The notes below the pieces were generated by a model. That model searched no databases. It was not told the origin of the DNA and saw only the letters and a list, made by a program, of their open reading frames with translations. Positions 52,983 through 61,584 of a stretch of 64,000 bases of DNA are shown here, piece by piece. The number at the start of each line of letters is the position of its first letter. Position 1 is the stretch's first letter. A program made the translations under genes and the position numbers. This DNA comes from a virus, in the IMG/VR virus record IMGVR_UViG_3300031841_005424, positions 1-64,000 of that record. One strand, 5' to 3'.

Positions 52983-55900
52983 TTAGGCCTTAATGTACTT
53001 GACAACAACCTCATCTGCAGCCACTAGGCTGTTTGCACCAGCGAGTGAGAGGGTTGTGTTGCCTGTACCGCCAAGAGCGTAATCGTAGTCCTGCGACTGC
53101 ATCATACCATTGACGAATACGAAAACAGATCCTGTAGAAGCAGGTGCCTGTGAAAGGGTACCAACAGTACCACTAACTGCGACGTCAGAGCCAGTGAAGC
53201 GGTCCTCGATTGAAAGAATCGACATAACGCCACTTGAAACCTGAAGACCGTCACCAGCCTGGAAGCTGGAGATATCATCAATGCTCTCAAGCTGATGGGT
53301 GCTGCCATCAGAATCCAACATCAAGAACTTGTCGCCAGAGGCAACCGCAACATCACTGTACTCGGAAATGTCAAGCTCAAGTGCGCCACTCGAAGCAGCA
53401 ATACCGTCTCCTGCGATAGCAGTAGCGTAGTCAGCCAAGCTCTCCTTCTTGGTGCTGTTGTCTGTAGCATCAACAAACAAGAAGCTGTCAGCCGATGCGT
53501 CAACGTCTGCTGCTGAAATTTCGTTGAAATCTACAGCGAGAACACCACTAGAAGCACTAAGACCGTCACCAGCAGCTGCGGTCATGATGTCTGCAATGCT
53601 CTCCTTCTTTGTGCTGTTGTCTGTAGCGTCAATGATAGCAACACTGTCAGCGCCGACATCAACAGCTGCAGCAGCAAGATCATTGAGATCCAAGTTGACA
53701 TCGTCGGCATTAACCGAAAGACCACCGTTGCTAGCATTAACAACAGCAAGAACACCACTAGAAGCAACAAGACCGGCGCCTGCCTGGAAGCTAGAAATGT
53801 CATCAATGCTTTCAAGCTGATGAGTGCTGCCGTCAGAGTCGAGCATCAAGAACTTGTCGCCCGAAGCAACTGCGACGTCGCTGTACTCAGATATATCAAG
53901 CTCTAGTGCGTGAGAGCTAAGTGCCAAACCATCACCAGCAATGCCAGAAGCCAACTGAACTTCGTCAGAAGCAATCTGGAAAGAAGTGCTGTTTGCCTGA
54001 ACTGCAAGAACACCACTGGAAGCTGCAAGAGCGTCACCAGCCATGAAAGTGGCGATATCATCAATGCTTTCCTTCTTGGTGCTGTCATCAGTTGCATCGT
54101 GGAAGACAAACTTGTCACCAGAAGCAACAGAAGCATCAGAAATCTCAGAAGCGTCCATCGAGAGAACACCGCTAGAGGCAGCAAGACCATCACCAGCCAT
54201 GAAGGTGGCGATATCATCGATGCTTTCCTTCTTAGTGGTGTCATCAGTTGCGTCATGGAAGACGAACTTGTCGCCAGAAGCAACAGCTGCATCGGAAATC
54301 TCAGATGCATCAACCGAGAGAACACCAGAAGAGTGCGCCAAACCGTTACCTGCAACATCGCTGGTAACCTTTGCAGAACCAGATGCAGAAAGCATATCAG
54401 CGCCGTCAAACTTAACAACCTGGCCGGAAGCCATGTTGAGGTGATCGGAAAGATCCCAAGAATCAACACCGTCATAGAGGAACGAAGCCAACTCGCTTCC
54501 GCCCTCTCCCGCAATGTTGATGCCGGCACCGCCGGCAGCTGCAATCTGGCTGTCGTTCGAACCTGAAGCAAGAACCATTGCCTTATCGGCGATTGCTACG
54601 ACAGTAGAATCAACAGTTGTCGTCGTACCCTGAACTGTTAGGTCACCGCTCAAAGTAAGATCGGTAAATTGTGGGCTGTCGCCAGTACCGAGACCCAAGC
54701 TTGTACGAGCAGTGTTGCCGCTCTCATAAGCGAAAGCGCCAGCACCAGTAGCAACGATAAACTCACCGTCAGCTGAAGCGGCGCCGAGGCTGTCGAGGTC
54801 TTCTAGAACACCGTCAACAGCGAACTGTCCACCAGAAGCAACAATACCGGTACCGGAAGCCATGGCAGAAGCTAGGTCTGCAATGCTTTCCTTCTTGGTG
54901 CTGTTGTCTGTTGCATCAATGATAGCGATGCTGTCAGCAGAAGCATCAACTGCAGCTGCAGCAAGATCATTAAGGTCAATGTTAATGTCATTAGCATTAA
55001 CAGAAAGACCACCATTAGTGGCATTGACAACAGCCATAACTGCCGAAGAAGCAGTCATACCAGCACCTGCGAATAGGGCTGCGATATCGTCAATGCTTTC
55101 CAACTGCTCGGTTGATCCATCGGAATCAAGAACAAGCAATTTGTCGCCCGAAGCGATCTGAACATCGGAGTATTCAGAAAGATCAAGACTCATAACACCA
55201 CTGGAAGCAGCAAGACCTGCTCCAGCGAGGCCGGCAGCTACGTCGTCATTCAACATAGCGTCCTGAACAGCGTCATTGGCGATAGTAAGAGCACCACCAG
55301 CTGCGATTGTTGCGTCACCGGAAACATTTCCGAAGACTGCGTCCTCGAAGTCACTAAAAGTGATCTTCTTAGGAAGGTTGCTCGAGTCTGCATCTGCGAA
55401 TGCAAGAACGTCAGTCTGAGCGATTGATGCGGCCGAAAGACCGGCAAGGTCAAGAACAAGTGCGGACTTAGCATCCGCCGAACCCGACAAACCACCTGAC
55501 CCTGAAAGGGCAATCTGTCTTGCTGAAATTTGTAGTCGCTTAGCCATTGCGTTTCCTCCTCCAGATTCGGCTGCTCCGCCGGAAAAACTGGTTATAGATA
55601 GGTTAGTTGTACTCGATGACTCAACATCACTGCTGTACTTCACCGAGGTTATTGTTGTGTTACCTGCTGTACCGTGATTATCATTAGTTAAACTTAACGT
55701 GCCAGCACTTGCTACCGCTGTTATCTGAATAGGCATGCTATTAATGATATCAGCAAGATATGCGGCCATGGCTGTTTCAGAGCCAGATGTAGAGTTGCCT
55801 GGTCCATACATTCGTATGTCAGTTGAGTTGTTTTGGATCGAATACACAGGCTCGTCAGGGGCGCTAATCTTTGCAGTAACATACCCTGCACCGGTACCTG

Positions 55901-56612
55901 TTGTTATGTGATTCCAGAAAACATCCTTACTTGTGTTTGACCAGGAGCCAGATGCTCTCTTTAGTCTTACCATCATAGGAGCCTTTGAGATACCGTTTGA
56001 TTCTGCACCAATTTGCAGATACGTGGTACTCAAGACTCTGAGGTAGGTAGAAGCATGAAGGCTCATATCTCCATCTGTTCTAGCCTGCTGTAGAATATAC
56101 AGCATCTCATTAGTGAAAGTCCCTGCCGCAAGTCCTGCTCCACTACTGCCGTAGGTGTTAAGCTCGTACTCGCCAGAAGAAACCTTTCGAGAATGTGTTG
56201 CATTTGTGACGTCTGCAGTAAAGCTGGACGTATTAACAAATGTGACATTAACTGTGTTTCCATCATAGTCTTTAAATTCTAGAACTGCAGGTGTTGAACC
56301 GCCAGTAGAAATATCCTGAAAAAAGGATGCATCTTGGCTCGCTGCTCCAAAATTTAGATACAAATAAGCAACATGATTTGCATTGGTTGTGTCATTACCA
56401 TAAATTGTAACAACCTTTGACGCATTGCCGTTAAAGATGTTGTTATTGTTCGATGTACCTAGGGCTGCTTGGTCTCCCAATGCACTACCAACAGTTTGCC
56501 CCATATAAAATGTGACTTGACTGTGGCCGTTGCCCTGTCCATCATCAATGGTAATTCTTGCATGTCGCTCAGGTATGCCTGTAAAGACTATTTGTCCTGT
56601 TGCTTTTGCCAT
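52983..56612 (-). CDS. repetitive acidic fibre / neck appendage protein
   Basis: 1209 aa; ~10 repeats of ~50-60 aa (D..E.SD..VASGDKF...D.TD.STKKESIDDIA...AGDGL); between neck and sheath genes. Confidence 0.75.
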   Translation of the reverse strand: MAKATGQIVFTGIPERHARITIDDGQGNGHSQVTFYMGQTVGSALGDQAALGTSNNNNIFNGNASKVVTIYGNDTTNANHVAYLYLNFGAASQDASFFQDISTGGSTPAVLEFKDYDGNTVNVTFVNTSSFTADVTNATHSRKVSSGEYELNTYGSSGAGLAAGTFTNEMLYILQQARTDGDMSLHASTYLRVLSTTYLQIGAESNGISKAPMMVRLKRASGSWSNTSKDVFWNHITTGTGAGYVTAKISAPDEPVYSIQNNSTDIRMYGPGNSTSGSETAMAAYLADIINSMPIQITAVASAGTLSLTNDNHGTAGNTTITSVKYSSDVESSSTTNLSITSFSGGAAESGGGNAMAKRLQISARQIALSGSGGLSGSADAKSALVLDLAGLSAASIAQTDVLAFADADSSNLPKKITFSDFEDAVFGNVSGDATIAAGGALTIANDAVQDAMLNDDVAAGLAGAGLAASSGVMSLDLSEYSDVQIASGDKLLVLDSDGSTEQLESIDDIAALFAGAGMTASSAVMAVVNATNGGLSVNANDINIDLNDLAAAAVDASADSIAIIDATDNSTKKESIADLASAMASGTGIVASGGQFAVDGVLEDLDSLGAASADGEFIVATGAGAFAYESGNTARTSLGLGTGDSPQFTDLTLSGDLTVQGTTTTVDSTVVAIADKAMVLASGSNDSQIAAAGGAGINIAGEGGSELASFLYDGVDSWDLSDHLNMASGQVVKFDGADMLSASGSAKVTSDVAGNGLAHSSGVLSVDASEISDAAVASGDKFVFHDATDDTTKKESIDDIATFMAGDGLAASSGVLSMDASEISDASVASGDKFVFHDATDDSTKKESIDDIATFMAGDALAASSGVLAVQANSTSFQIASDEVQLASGIAGDGLALSSHALELDISEYSDVAVASGDKFLMLDSDGSTHQLESIDDISSFQAGAGLVASSGVLAVVNASNGGLSVNADDVNLDLNDLAAAAVDVGADSVAIIDATDNSTKKESIADIMTAAAGDGLSASSGVLAVDFNEISAADVDASADSFLFVDATDNSTKKESLADYATAIAGDGIAASSGALELDISEYSDVAVASGDKFLMLDSDGSTHQLESIDDISSFQAGDGLQVSSGVMSILSIEDRFTGSDVAVSGTVGTLSQAPASTGSVFVFVNGMMQSQDYDYALGGTGNTTLSLAGANSLVAADEVVVKYIKA
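53240..54340. repeat. intragenic near-tandem repeats (~150 bp units) in fibre gene
   Basis: near-identical units, e.g. ELDISEYSDVAVASGDKFLMLDSDGSTHQLESIDDISSFQAG x2 and DASEISDA.VASGDKFVFHDATDD.TKKESIDDIATFMAGD x2. Confidence 0.85.
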
Positions 56613-56694
56613 TTAAAATCCTCCTGTTTTTGTTTTACACAGGCTGACTGTTATATTATGTGATTAAATAAAATGGTAAGGTAAGATTAGTAAA

Positions 56695-57120
56695 TTAGTC
56701 TTTATTAAAAATAACTTTTTCACTTTCGCTGGTCGGTAACTGAACTGAATATCCCTCTGAGGGGATTCCGTACTCTAATCGAAGAGAGTCTAATTCCTGA
56801 TAGAAACCTTTTGTTGCTTCAGAGATTTCTTGTAGTAGCTGTCTCTTTCTTGATTCATAAGTAAGAACGAGATCTGCTATTGCAGTTTTTGATTTATTAA
56901 CTCGCTCAAATTTCTCAAACAATACTCGAGACTCTTCCTCGGTACACTCTAAATAGTGTGAATCAGCCTCAACTTCCTCATTTTCTTCGTCGTGAAGTGG
57001 GGTTTCTTCTAAGTCCTCAGGATCTGAAGATATTATTTGATCTTCCTCTATTTCTGTCTCTTTTTTTGATTCACTTTCCATTGCTTCTACAAGATCTTTT
57101 AATTTATCTAAAATACTCAT
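56695..57120 (-). CDS. acidic coiled-coil protein, paralog of 57448..57819
   Basis: shared C-terminal Y.v.LP....EK..F motif. Confidence 0.65.
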   Translation of the reverse strand: MSILDKLKDLVEAMESESKKETEIEEDQIISSDPEDLEETPLHDEENEEVEADSHYLECTEEESRVLFEKFERVNKSKTAIADLVLTYESRKRQLLQEISEATKGFYQELDSLRLEYGIPSEGYSVQLPTSESEKVIFNKD

Positions 57121-57138
57121 GTGTATGTTTTTCTCCCA

Positions 57139-57378
57139 TTATGAAAAAAGAATTTTCTTAAGATTCCTAACATTATTATCAAACTTACAAAAATCAGACT
57201 CTAAAAATTCTAGAGACTTAATTTTGCATTCTTCATTCGAGTCTTCGAACTGAAAGATAAACTTGCCCGTTTCGGCTCTCTTGCAAGTAACCAGCTTAAA
57301 GCCCTGTAATTGCAAATAGGCAGCAATACCAATGTCGCTAGTTGTGAAAAGCTTAATGTTATCTTGTGTATCCGACAT
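57139..57378 (-). CDS. DUF5659-like small protein
   Basis: FTTSDIGIAAYL...G.KL...FIFQF. Confidence 0.6.
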   Translation of the reverse strand: MSDTQDNIKLFTTSDIGIAAYLQLQGFKLVTCKRAETGKFIFQFEDSNEECKIKSLEFLESDFCKFDNNVRNLKKILFS

Positions 57379-57447
57379 CTATTTACCCTCCAATATCTTT
57401 ATACGTACAAGATAAATAGAAGTTCCGTATTGATATCGCCAGGTGTT

Positions 57448-57819
57448 TTACTCTTTTCTAACGAAATAGCCCTTTTCGCCAGAACTTGCCGGAAGCTTAA
57501 GTTCGTAAGTAAGATTTTCATCAATATTTAGACTATTTTGAAGCTTCTGAGCCATAGAGTATAGGTCTGCTTGACCGTAAATGATTTGATTCATTAGGTT
57601 TGCCTTGTTTTTCTCGAATTGGAGGCACATATTTGAGAAATATGTCTCAAGATTCTCAAGACGGGCCTTGAATTCAAAAACTGGCTGTACGTTTTCCCAA
57701 TCAACCTCAATGATTTCGCCAGTTTGAGAAGTATTTGTGTTTTCTGCTGTTTCTGTTGTTTCTGTTGTTTCTGTTGTGCTTTCGCTTACGGGAAGCTTCT
57801 TTTTTGTTGCTTTGGCCAT
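57448..57819 (-). CDS. coiled-coil protein, paralog of 56695..57120
   Basis: AAGGAG SD; YELKLP...EKGYF. Confidence 0.65.
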   Translation of the reverse strand: MAKATKKKLPVSESTTETTETTETAENTNTSQTGEIIEVDWENVQPVFEFKARLENLETYFSNMCLQFEKNKANLMNQIIYGQADLYSMAQKLQNSLNIDENLTYELKLPASSGEKGYFVRKE

Positions 57820-57880
57820 TGCTTAATGCTCCTTTTAGTGTTTTAGCCTGTTAATAATATATCACACCAAAAGAATATTT

Positions 57881-59104
57881 TCAACCTTTTATGTAAGTAA
57901 TTCGCACCACATCGCTTGGATCTAAGTCATATTGAAAAACAATCTGATTTGAGCCTTGCACCACATAATCGTTTGTTGCCCCAAGCGCTTGAATCACACC
58001 GTTAACAGTTACAGTCTCCGTGTTCGACCTAATGTCATGAATAGTTGTAAAAGTCCTCTTATCACCTGGTAGCGCTTCGTCCTCCTCCTTTAGCACCTCG
58101 TTTATAGAAAACCTAGAAGCCATTTCTGATGCCAGATTATCAGTTGTGACCACGTTTGCAGAAACATTGGCGCCTCCGCCAGTACCACTCGTGCTGAAAA
58201 AACTAGCAGCTGGAGCATTACCCAAGATATAGGGCGACATCAACAAAGAAGCTAATACCTCTTCCGGAACCCCTGCAAGGCCATAGTATGCCCCGTATTC
58301 ATGTTCTGGAATCTCTCCTAAAGTAATTCTTTCTCTTGGTATCTTTATCTCCACTGCGTTCTCTCTTATTGCATAGTGGGGCTTTTCTCTGTTCTTACCC
58401 TCTCCCACAATATAACCTATTACCTTAAGACTTATCTTGGTCTCAAATTTCCGTTCATCGGATGAAAAATCATTTAAGTTGTCATTAGAAGTAAAATCAG
58501 GCTGAATAAATCCTTCATATTTATGATCTTTTTCAGTCAAAGTAACAAAGTTAATGGTTCCAGGCTTTGTTATAAAAGGTGTCATCAGGTCATTCATTTG
58601 CTGCTGGTATTCTGTTCTTAAGGTTATCTCATAAGTCACCTCAACGTTTACCGGCATAGGAACCGAAACGGTTCTATATACAACCTTTGGATTAGGGCCT
58701 GGGTAGTTTTTCTGACCATAAAGCCTAAGAGCATCAGCGTTAGCAAATTTAAGCGTCTTTTGTTGGAATATTGTTCTCGTGATATTTAGAGCGCCGCCTT
58801 TGTCATCTTGGTTCTCCGGAACATTACCCTGGAACACACCTGGACTTTGTCTTGATTTAACAAAGTTTGTTCTGCGTATCGAAATAATAGGCAACACTAA
58901 TAAACCTTGCTGGTCTCTTATCTCCTTGTTACTCTTTACTTGGAAGGCTCTTTCTGCGGTACCCCAAATAACTGGTACTGGCTTGAAACCTTTGTTAGTA
59001 AGAGTCGATAAATTGAGTGATTCTACAAAATTTAAAACAGACTGATCTATCGTTTCTATAGTGGAGACTTCAAAATGTACTTTTTTATCAACTGTTTCTG
59101 ACAT
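57881..59104 (-). CDS. tail terminator / completion protein (gp15-like) with C-terminal extension
   Basis: PVIW...ER, LPIISI.R, P..V.V.YE......QMN; follows gp13/gp14. Confidence 0.7.
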   Translation of the reverse strand: MSETVDKKVHFEVSTIETIDQSVLNFVESLNLSTLTNKGFKPVPVIWGTAERAFQVKSNKEIRDQQGLLVLPIISIRRTNFVKSRQSPGVFQGNVPENQDDKGGALNITRTIFQQKTLKFANADALRLYGQKNYPGPNPKVVYRTVSVPMPVNVEVTYEITLRTEYQQQMNDLMTPFITKPGTINFVTLTEKDHKYEGFIQPDFTSNDNLNDFSSDERKFETKISLKVIGYIVGEGKNREKPHYAIRENAVEIKIPRERITLGEIPEHEYGAYYGLAGVPEEVLASLLMSPYILGNAPAASFFSTSGTGGGANVSANVVTTDNLASEMASRFSINEVLKEEDEALPGDKRTFTTIHDIRSNTETVTVNGVIQALGATNDYVVQGSNQIVFQYDLDPSDVVRITYIKG

Positions 59105-59588
59105 TGAACAAGCCCTCTCTAGCTCTTACGCATGTTGCTGCAATTTCAAAACTTGATTCTACTTGACCGAACAGCCATTTTGGCTCCTCAAGGGTTAAAA
59201 TCTCATACATGTGTTCGCCATATTGTATAAAATCACCTTCTCGAACAAAAAGATCTTGATCTTCTGTTAATCTCCTTTTATGGAAGGCAACAGATATCTT
59301 CTCAACCCTATCAACACCTAGAGGTGTCGTAGTCGTTGTTTGTGACTGATATTTAACCATCGCGTAGACTCTGATTGGGTCCAAAAAAGATTTATCGATC
59401 GATTCTCCATAAAGCTTATGGAATTTTGTATGTTCCAGACTTATTGGATAATATACTATAGTCTGGCCGATTACTCTTTCAATGACCTCATCATTAACCT
59501 GCTTTACAAAGTCCTTTTCCTTTTTGCCAGTAAATAATGGCGGGGGAGGACTTGCAGGTTGTGACCATCTGTTGTCGTCGCTTGCCAT
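59088..59588 (-). CDS. neck / head-closure protein (gp14-like)
   Basis: E.I...GQ.IVYY, LYGE...K.F, REGDFI. Confidence 0.75.
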   Translation of the reverse strand: MASDDNRWSQPASPPPPLFTGKKEKDFVKQVNDEVIERVIGQTIVYYPISLEHTKFHKLYGESIDKSFLDPIRVYAMVKYQSQTTTTTPLGVDRVEKISVAFHKRRLTEDQDLFVREGDFIQYGEHMYEILTLEEPKWLFGQVESSFEIAATCVRAREGLFNVRNS

Positions 59589-59593
59589 TTATA

Positions 59594-60853
59594 TTACCCC
59601 ACAAAAATATAGTTTGGAATCTTCTGGACTGTCTTTTCTGCATTTTCCAACATTGTTGAGTCTCTCTCAGATAATTTAAGATAAGTTAATTCCGACAATG
59701 TGGTCTTCAACTCTTCTCTTAATTTCTGTTGCTCATCTTTTGCCTCAGCCAATAGGGCTGGGCCGTTTAGAGTAACCTGCTCGCCGGGGATTGGCACCGT
59801 CCCGAACTTGGACCTTACTTGGCCCAAAATCTCCTTGCAGAGGGCCAATGCGAACCTTCGAATCCACTGTTTACCTATTGCGTTGATACTAACAAATGGT
59901 ATATTACCAATCGGAAGAGTGTTCATGTTATTGACACCATCTTGCGCAGGATCATCACCTTCCCAAACATCCTCAGGGATCGAAAAATCAACCCACATCT
60001 TTGTTGGGCCACCAGTATATGGTATCGGGAACAATCTTAACTTATTGTTCTTCAGCTCATAAGAAAAATGAGACATCCTTGTGTATATCGCGTCCTCAAA
60101 AGCCATGGCTTGTGCTTTGTTGTGCCAAGCTGGAATCAGCTGAAAAGTCGAATCATCAGAGAACTGGCCATAATTATGCAAGTTACCCACGACGTTTAAG
60201 CCACCATAATACCCAAAGAACCGCCACATGGCGTGAGGTGTCTTATAATACACCTTCTTAACAAGAATCTTTTTATCACCAACAGACCCGGAAAATTCTG
60301 TACTGGTTGATATTATGTCTTGCAGATCATAATCTTGCTTTCCCGTTTCAATATTAACACTGGCAGAGAACTGTATAGAGTTCTTTAGTCCGATGTCTGC
60401 GCTTACGCCCTCTGTGGTTCTCCTTGACATCCCATAATCAAATCTAGGATATTTTAAGGCGACATGTTTGCCTCCCAGAGAGGAAGATAGAGAGCCAGAC
60501 ATTATATTGCCCTTAGAATCAAAACTACCTGTTGTGCTTCCTAGGGCATCTGAAAGCATGTTTGTTGCTTGGTGGACGTTTATTAGATAAGAATATTCCA
60601 ATACAGCTTCTTCATATGCTGCATAAACATTTCCTTCTGTGATCTCTAGATCAAGAACATCGCCTCCAAGCTTTTTATATACGTAAGATACTTGATCTAC
60701 CGCGCCGGATAAGAATTCGGAAGAATAAAGCGGAGCAGTGTCGTCTGAATAAATCTTATATGGCAGCGCATCATTAACATTCGATATAGTGCCCGTCACA
60801 GGCAGCACTACTGCAGAGAGCGTGCTGACTGGGGTCAGAGTAGGTAAAGACAT
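59594..60853 (-). CDS. neck / head-tail adaptor protein (gp13-like)
   Basis: KLGG..LDLEI, WIRRFALALCKE.LG..RSKF..VPIPG..VTLNG. Confidence 0.85.
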   Translation of the reverse strand: MSLPTLTPVSTLSAVVLPVTGTISNVNDALPYKIYSDDTAPLYSSEFLSGAVDQVSYVYKKLGGDVLDLEITEGNVYAAYEEAVLEYSYLINVHQATNMLSDALGSTTGSFDSKGNIMSGSLSSSLGGKHVALKYPRFDYGMSRRTTEGVSADIGLKNSIQFSASVNIETGKQDYDLQDIISTSTEFSGSVGDKKILVKKVYYKTPHAMWRFFGYYGGLNVVGNLHNYGQFSDDSTFQLIPAWHNKAQAMAFEDAIYTRMSHFSYELKNNKLRLFPIPYTGGPTKMWVDFSIPEDVWEGDDPAQDGVNNMNTLPIGNIPFVSINAIGKQWIRRFALALCKEILGQVRSKFGTVPIPGEQVTLNGPALLAEAKDEQQKLREELKTTLSELTYLKLSERDSTMLENAEKTVQKIPNYIFVG

Positions 60854-60917
60854 TCATTGTCCCTCGCTAAATATAGTTATTCAATATAACTAGTATTTGA
60901 GGCTGGCAAATGGCTGA

Positions 60918-61301
60918 CTAGTCTGTTTTTGTTTTGGTAGTGCGGCGTTTACGAGCTGTAGTCTTCTTAGTCGTGGTAGTTTTTTTAGTTGTTAGCTTCT
61001 TTGTTACGGCCTTCTTGAGGCCATTTGGCTTATTGTTCGAAGTTGTTTCGACTTGCTGTAGCTGCAATTCAGGCTCTAAAACTACTGTAGGAGAATCCTC
61101 TTTTATGTTCTCTGGTTCTTTGTTTTTAACAACAATGATATCGGATTTGCTTTCTTCTATTAGGTCTTTTGTTGTGACAATTTCCATACCAGATGAGGTG
61201 TCCTCTATGTTTGTAGAACTTTCTTTTGATTGTTCTAATCCAATGTTTTGCCTTAAAGTAGCAAATTTCTTTTTAAGTAGTCTGCGCTTTTTCTTTCCCA
61301 C
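60918..61301 (-). CDS. Lys/Thr-rich basic-tailed protein
   Basis: AAGGAG SD; C-terminal KKTTTTKKTTARKRR. Confidence 0.6.
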   Translation of the reverse strand: MGKKKRRLLKKKFATLRQNIGLEQSKESSTNIEDTSSGMEIVTTKDLIEESKSDIIVVKNKEPENIKEDSPTVVLEPELQLQQVETTSNNKPNGLKKAVTKKLTTKKTTTTKKTTARKRRTTKTKTD

Positions 61302-61303
61302 GG

Positions 61304-61471
61304 TTACTCCTTTTCGTCTTCGTCTTCATGAGGGCAAGGCTCCTCTTCGCATTCATGCTCCTCAGCAGCAGGCGCCTCTTTCACAACCGGCTCAGGTGCT
61401 CTTCTAATCAATCCGTTCAATTTTTCTGCAAGTCTTTGCAGAAATCTCATCTTCTTTTTCTTGACCGCCAT
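61304..61471 (-). CDS. 55-aa basic/acidic bipolar protein (not in track)
   Basis: MAVKKKKMRFLQRL...EEHECEEEPCPHEDEDEKE*; GGAGG SD and ACTATTTA motif upstream. Confidence 0.65.
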   Translation of the reverse strand: MAVKKKKMRFLQRLAEKLNGLIRRAPEPVVKEAPAAEEHECEEEPCPHEDEDEKE

Positions 61472-61513
61472 TTTGAATATCCTCCATTCAGGCTATGTAT
61501 TAAATAGTTCTTC

Positions 61514-61544
61514 AAAAAAGAAAAGCCCCGCACAAGGCGGGGCT
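61514..61544 (-). terminator. intrinsic terminator after major capsid gene
   Basis: AGCCCCGC/GCGGGGCT stem then TTTTCTTTTTT. Confidence 0.88.
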
Positions 61545-61584
61545 CAACTCAATAGATTTCTCTATTACTTGTTATTGGGCGCTA

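Noticed and set aside
53240-54340. Diversity-generating retroelement template/variable repeat pair
   Set aside because: No reverse transcriptase in the window; differences between copies look largely synonymous rather than adenine-specific.
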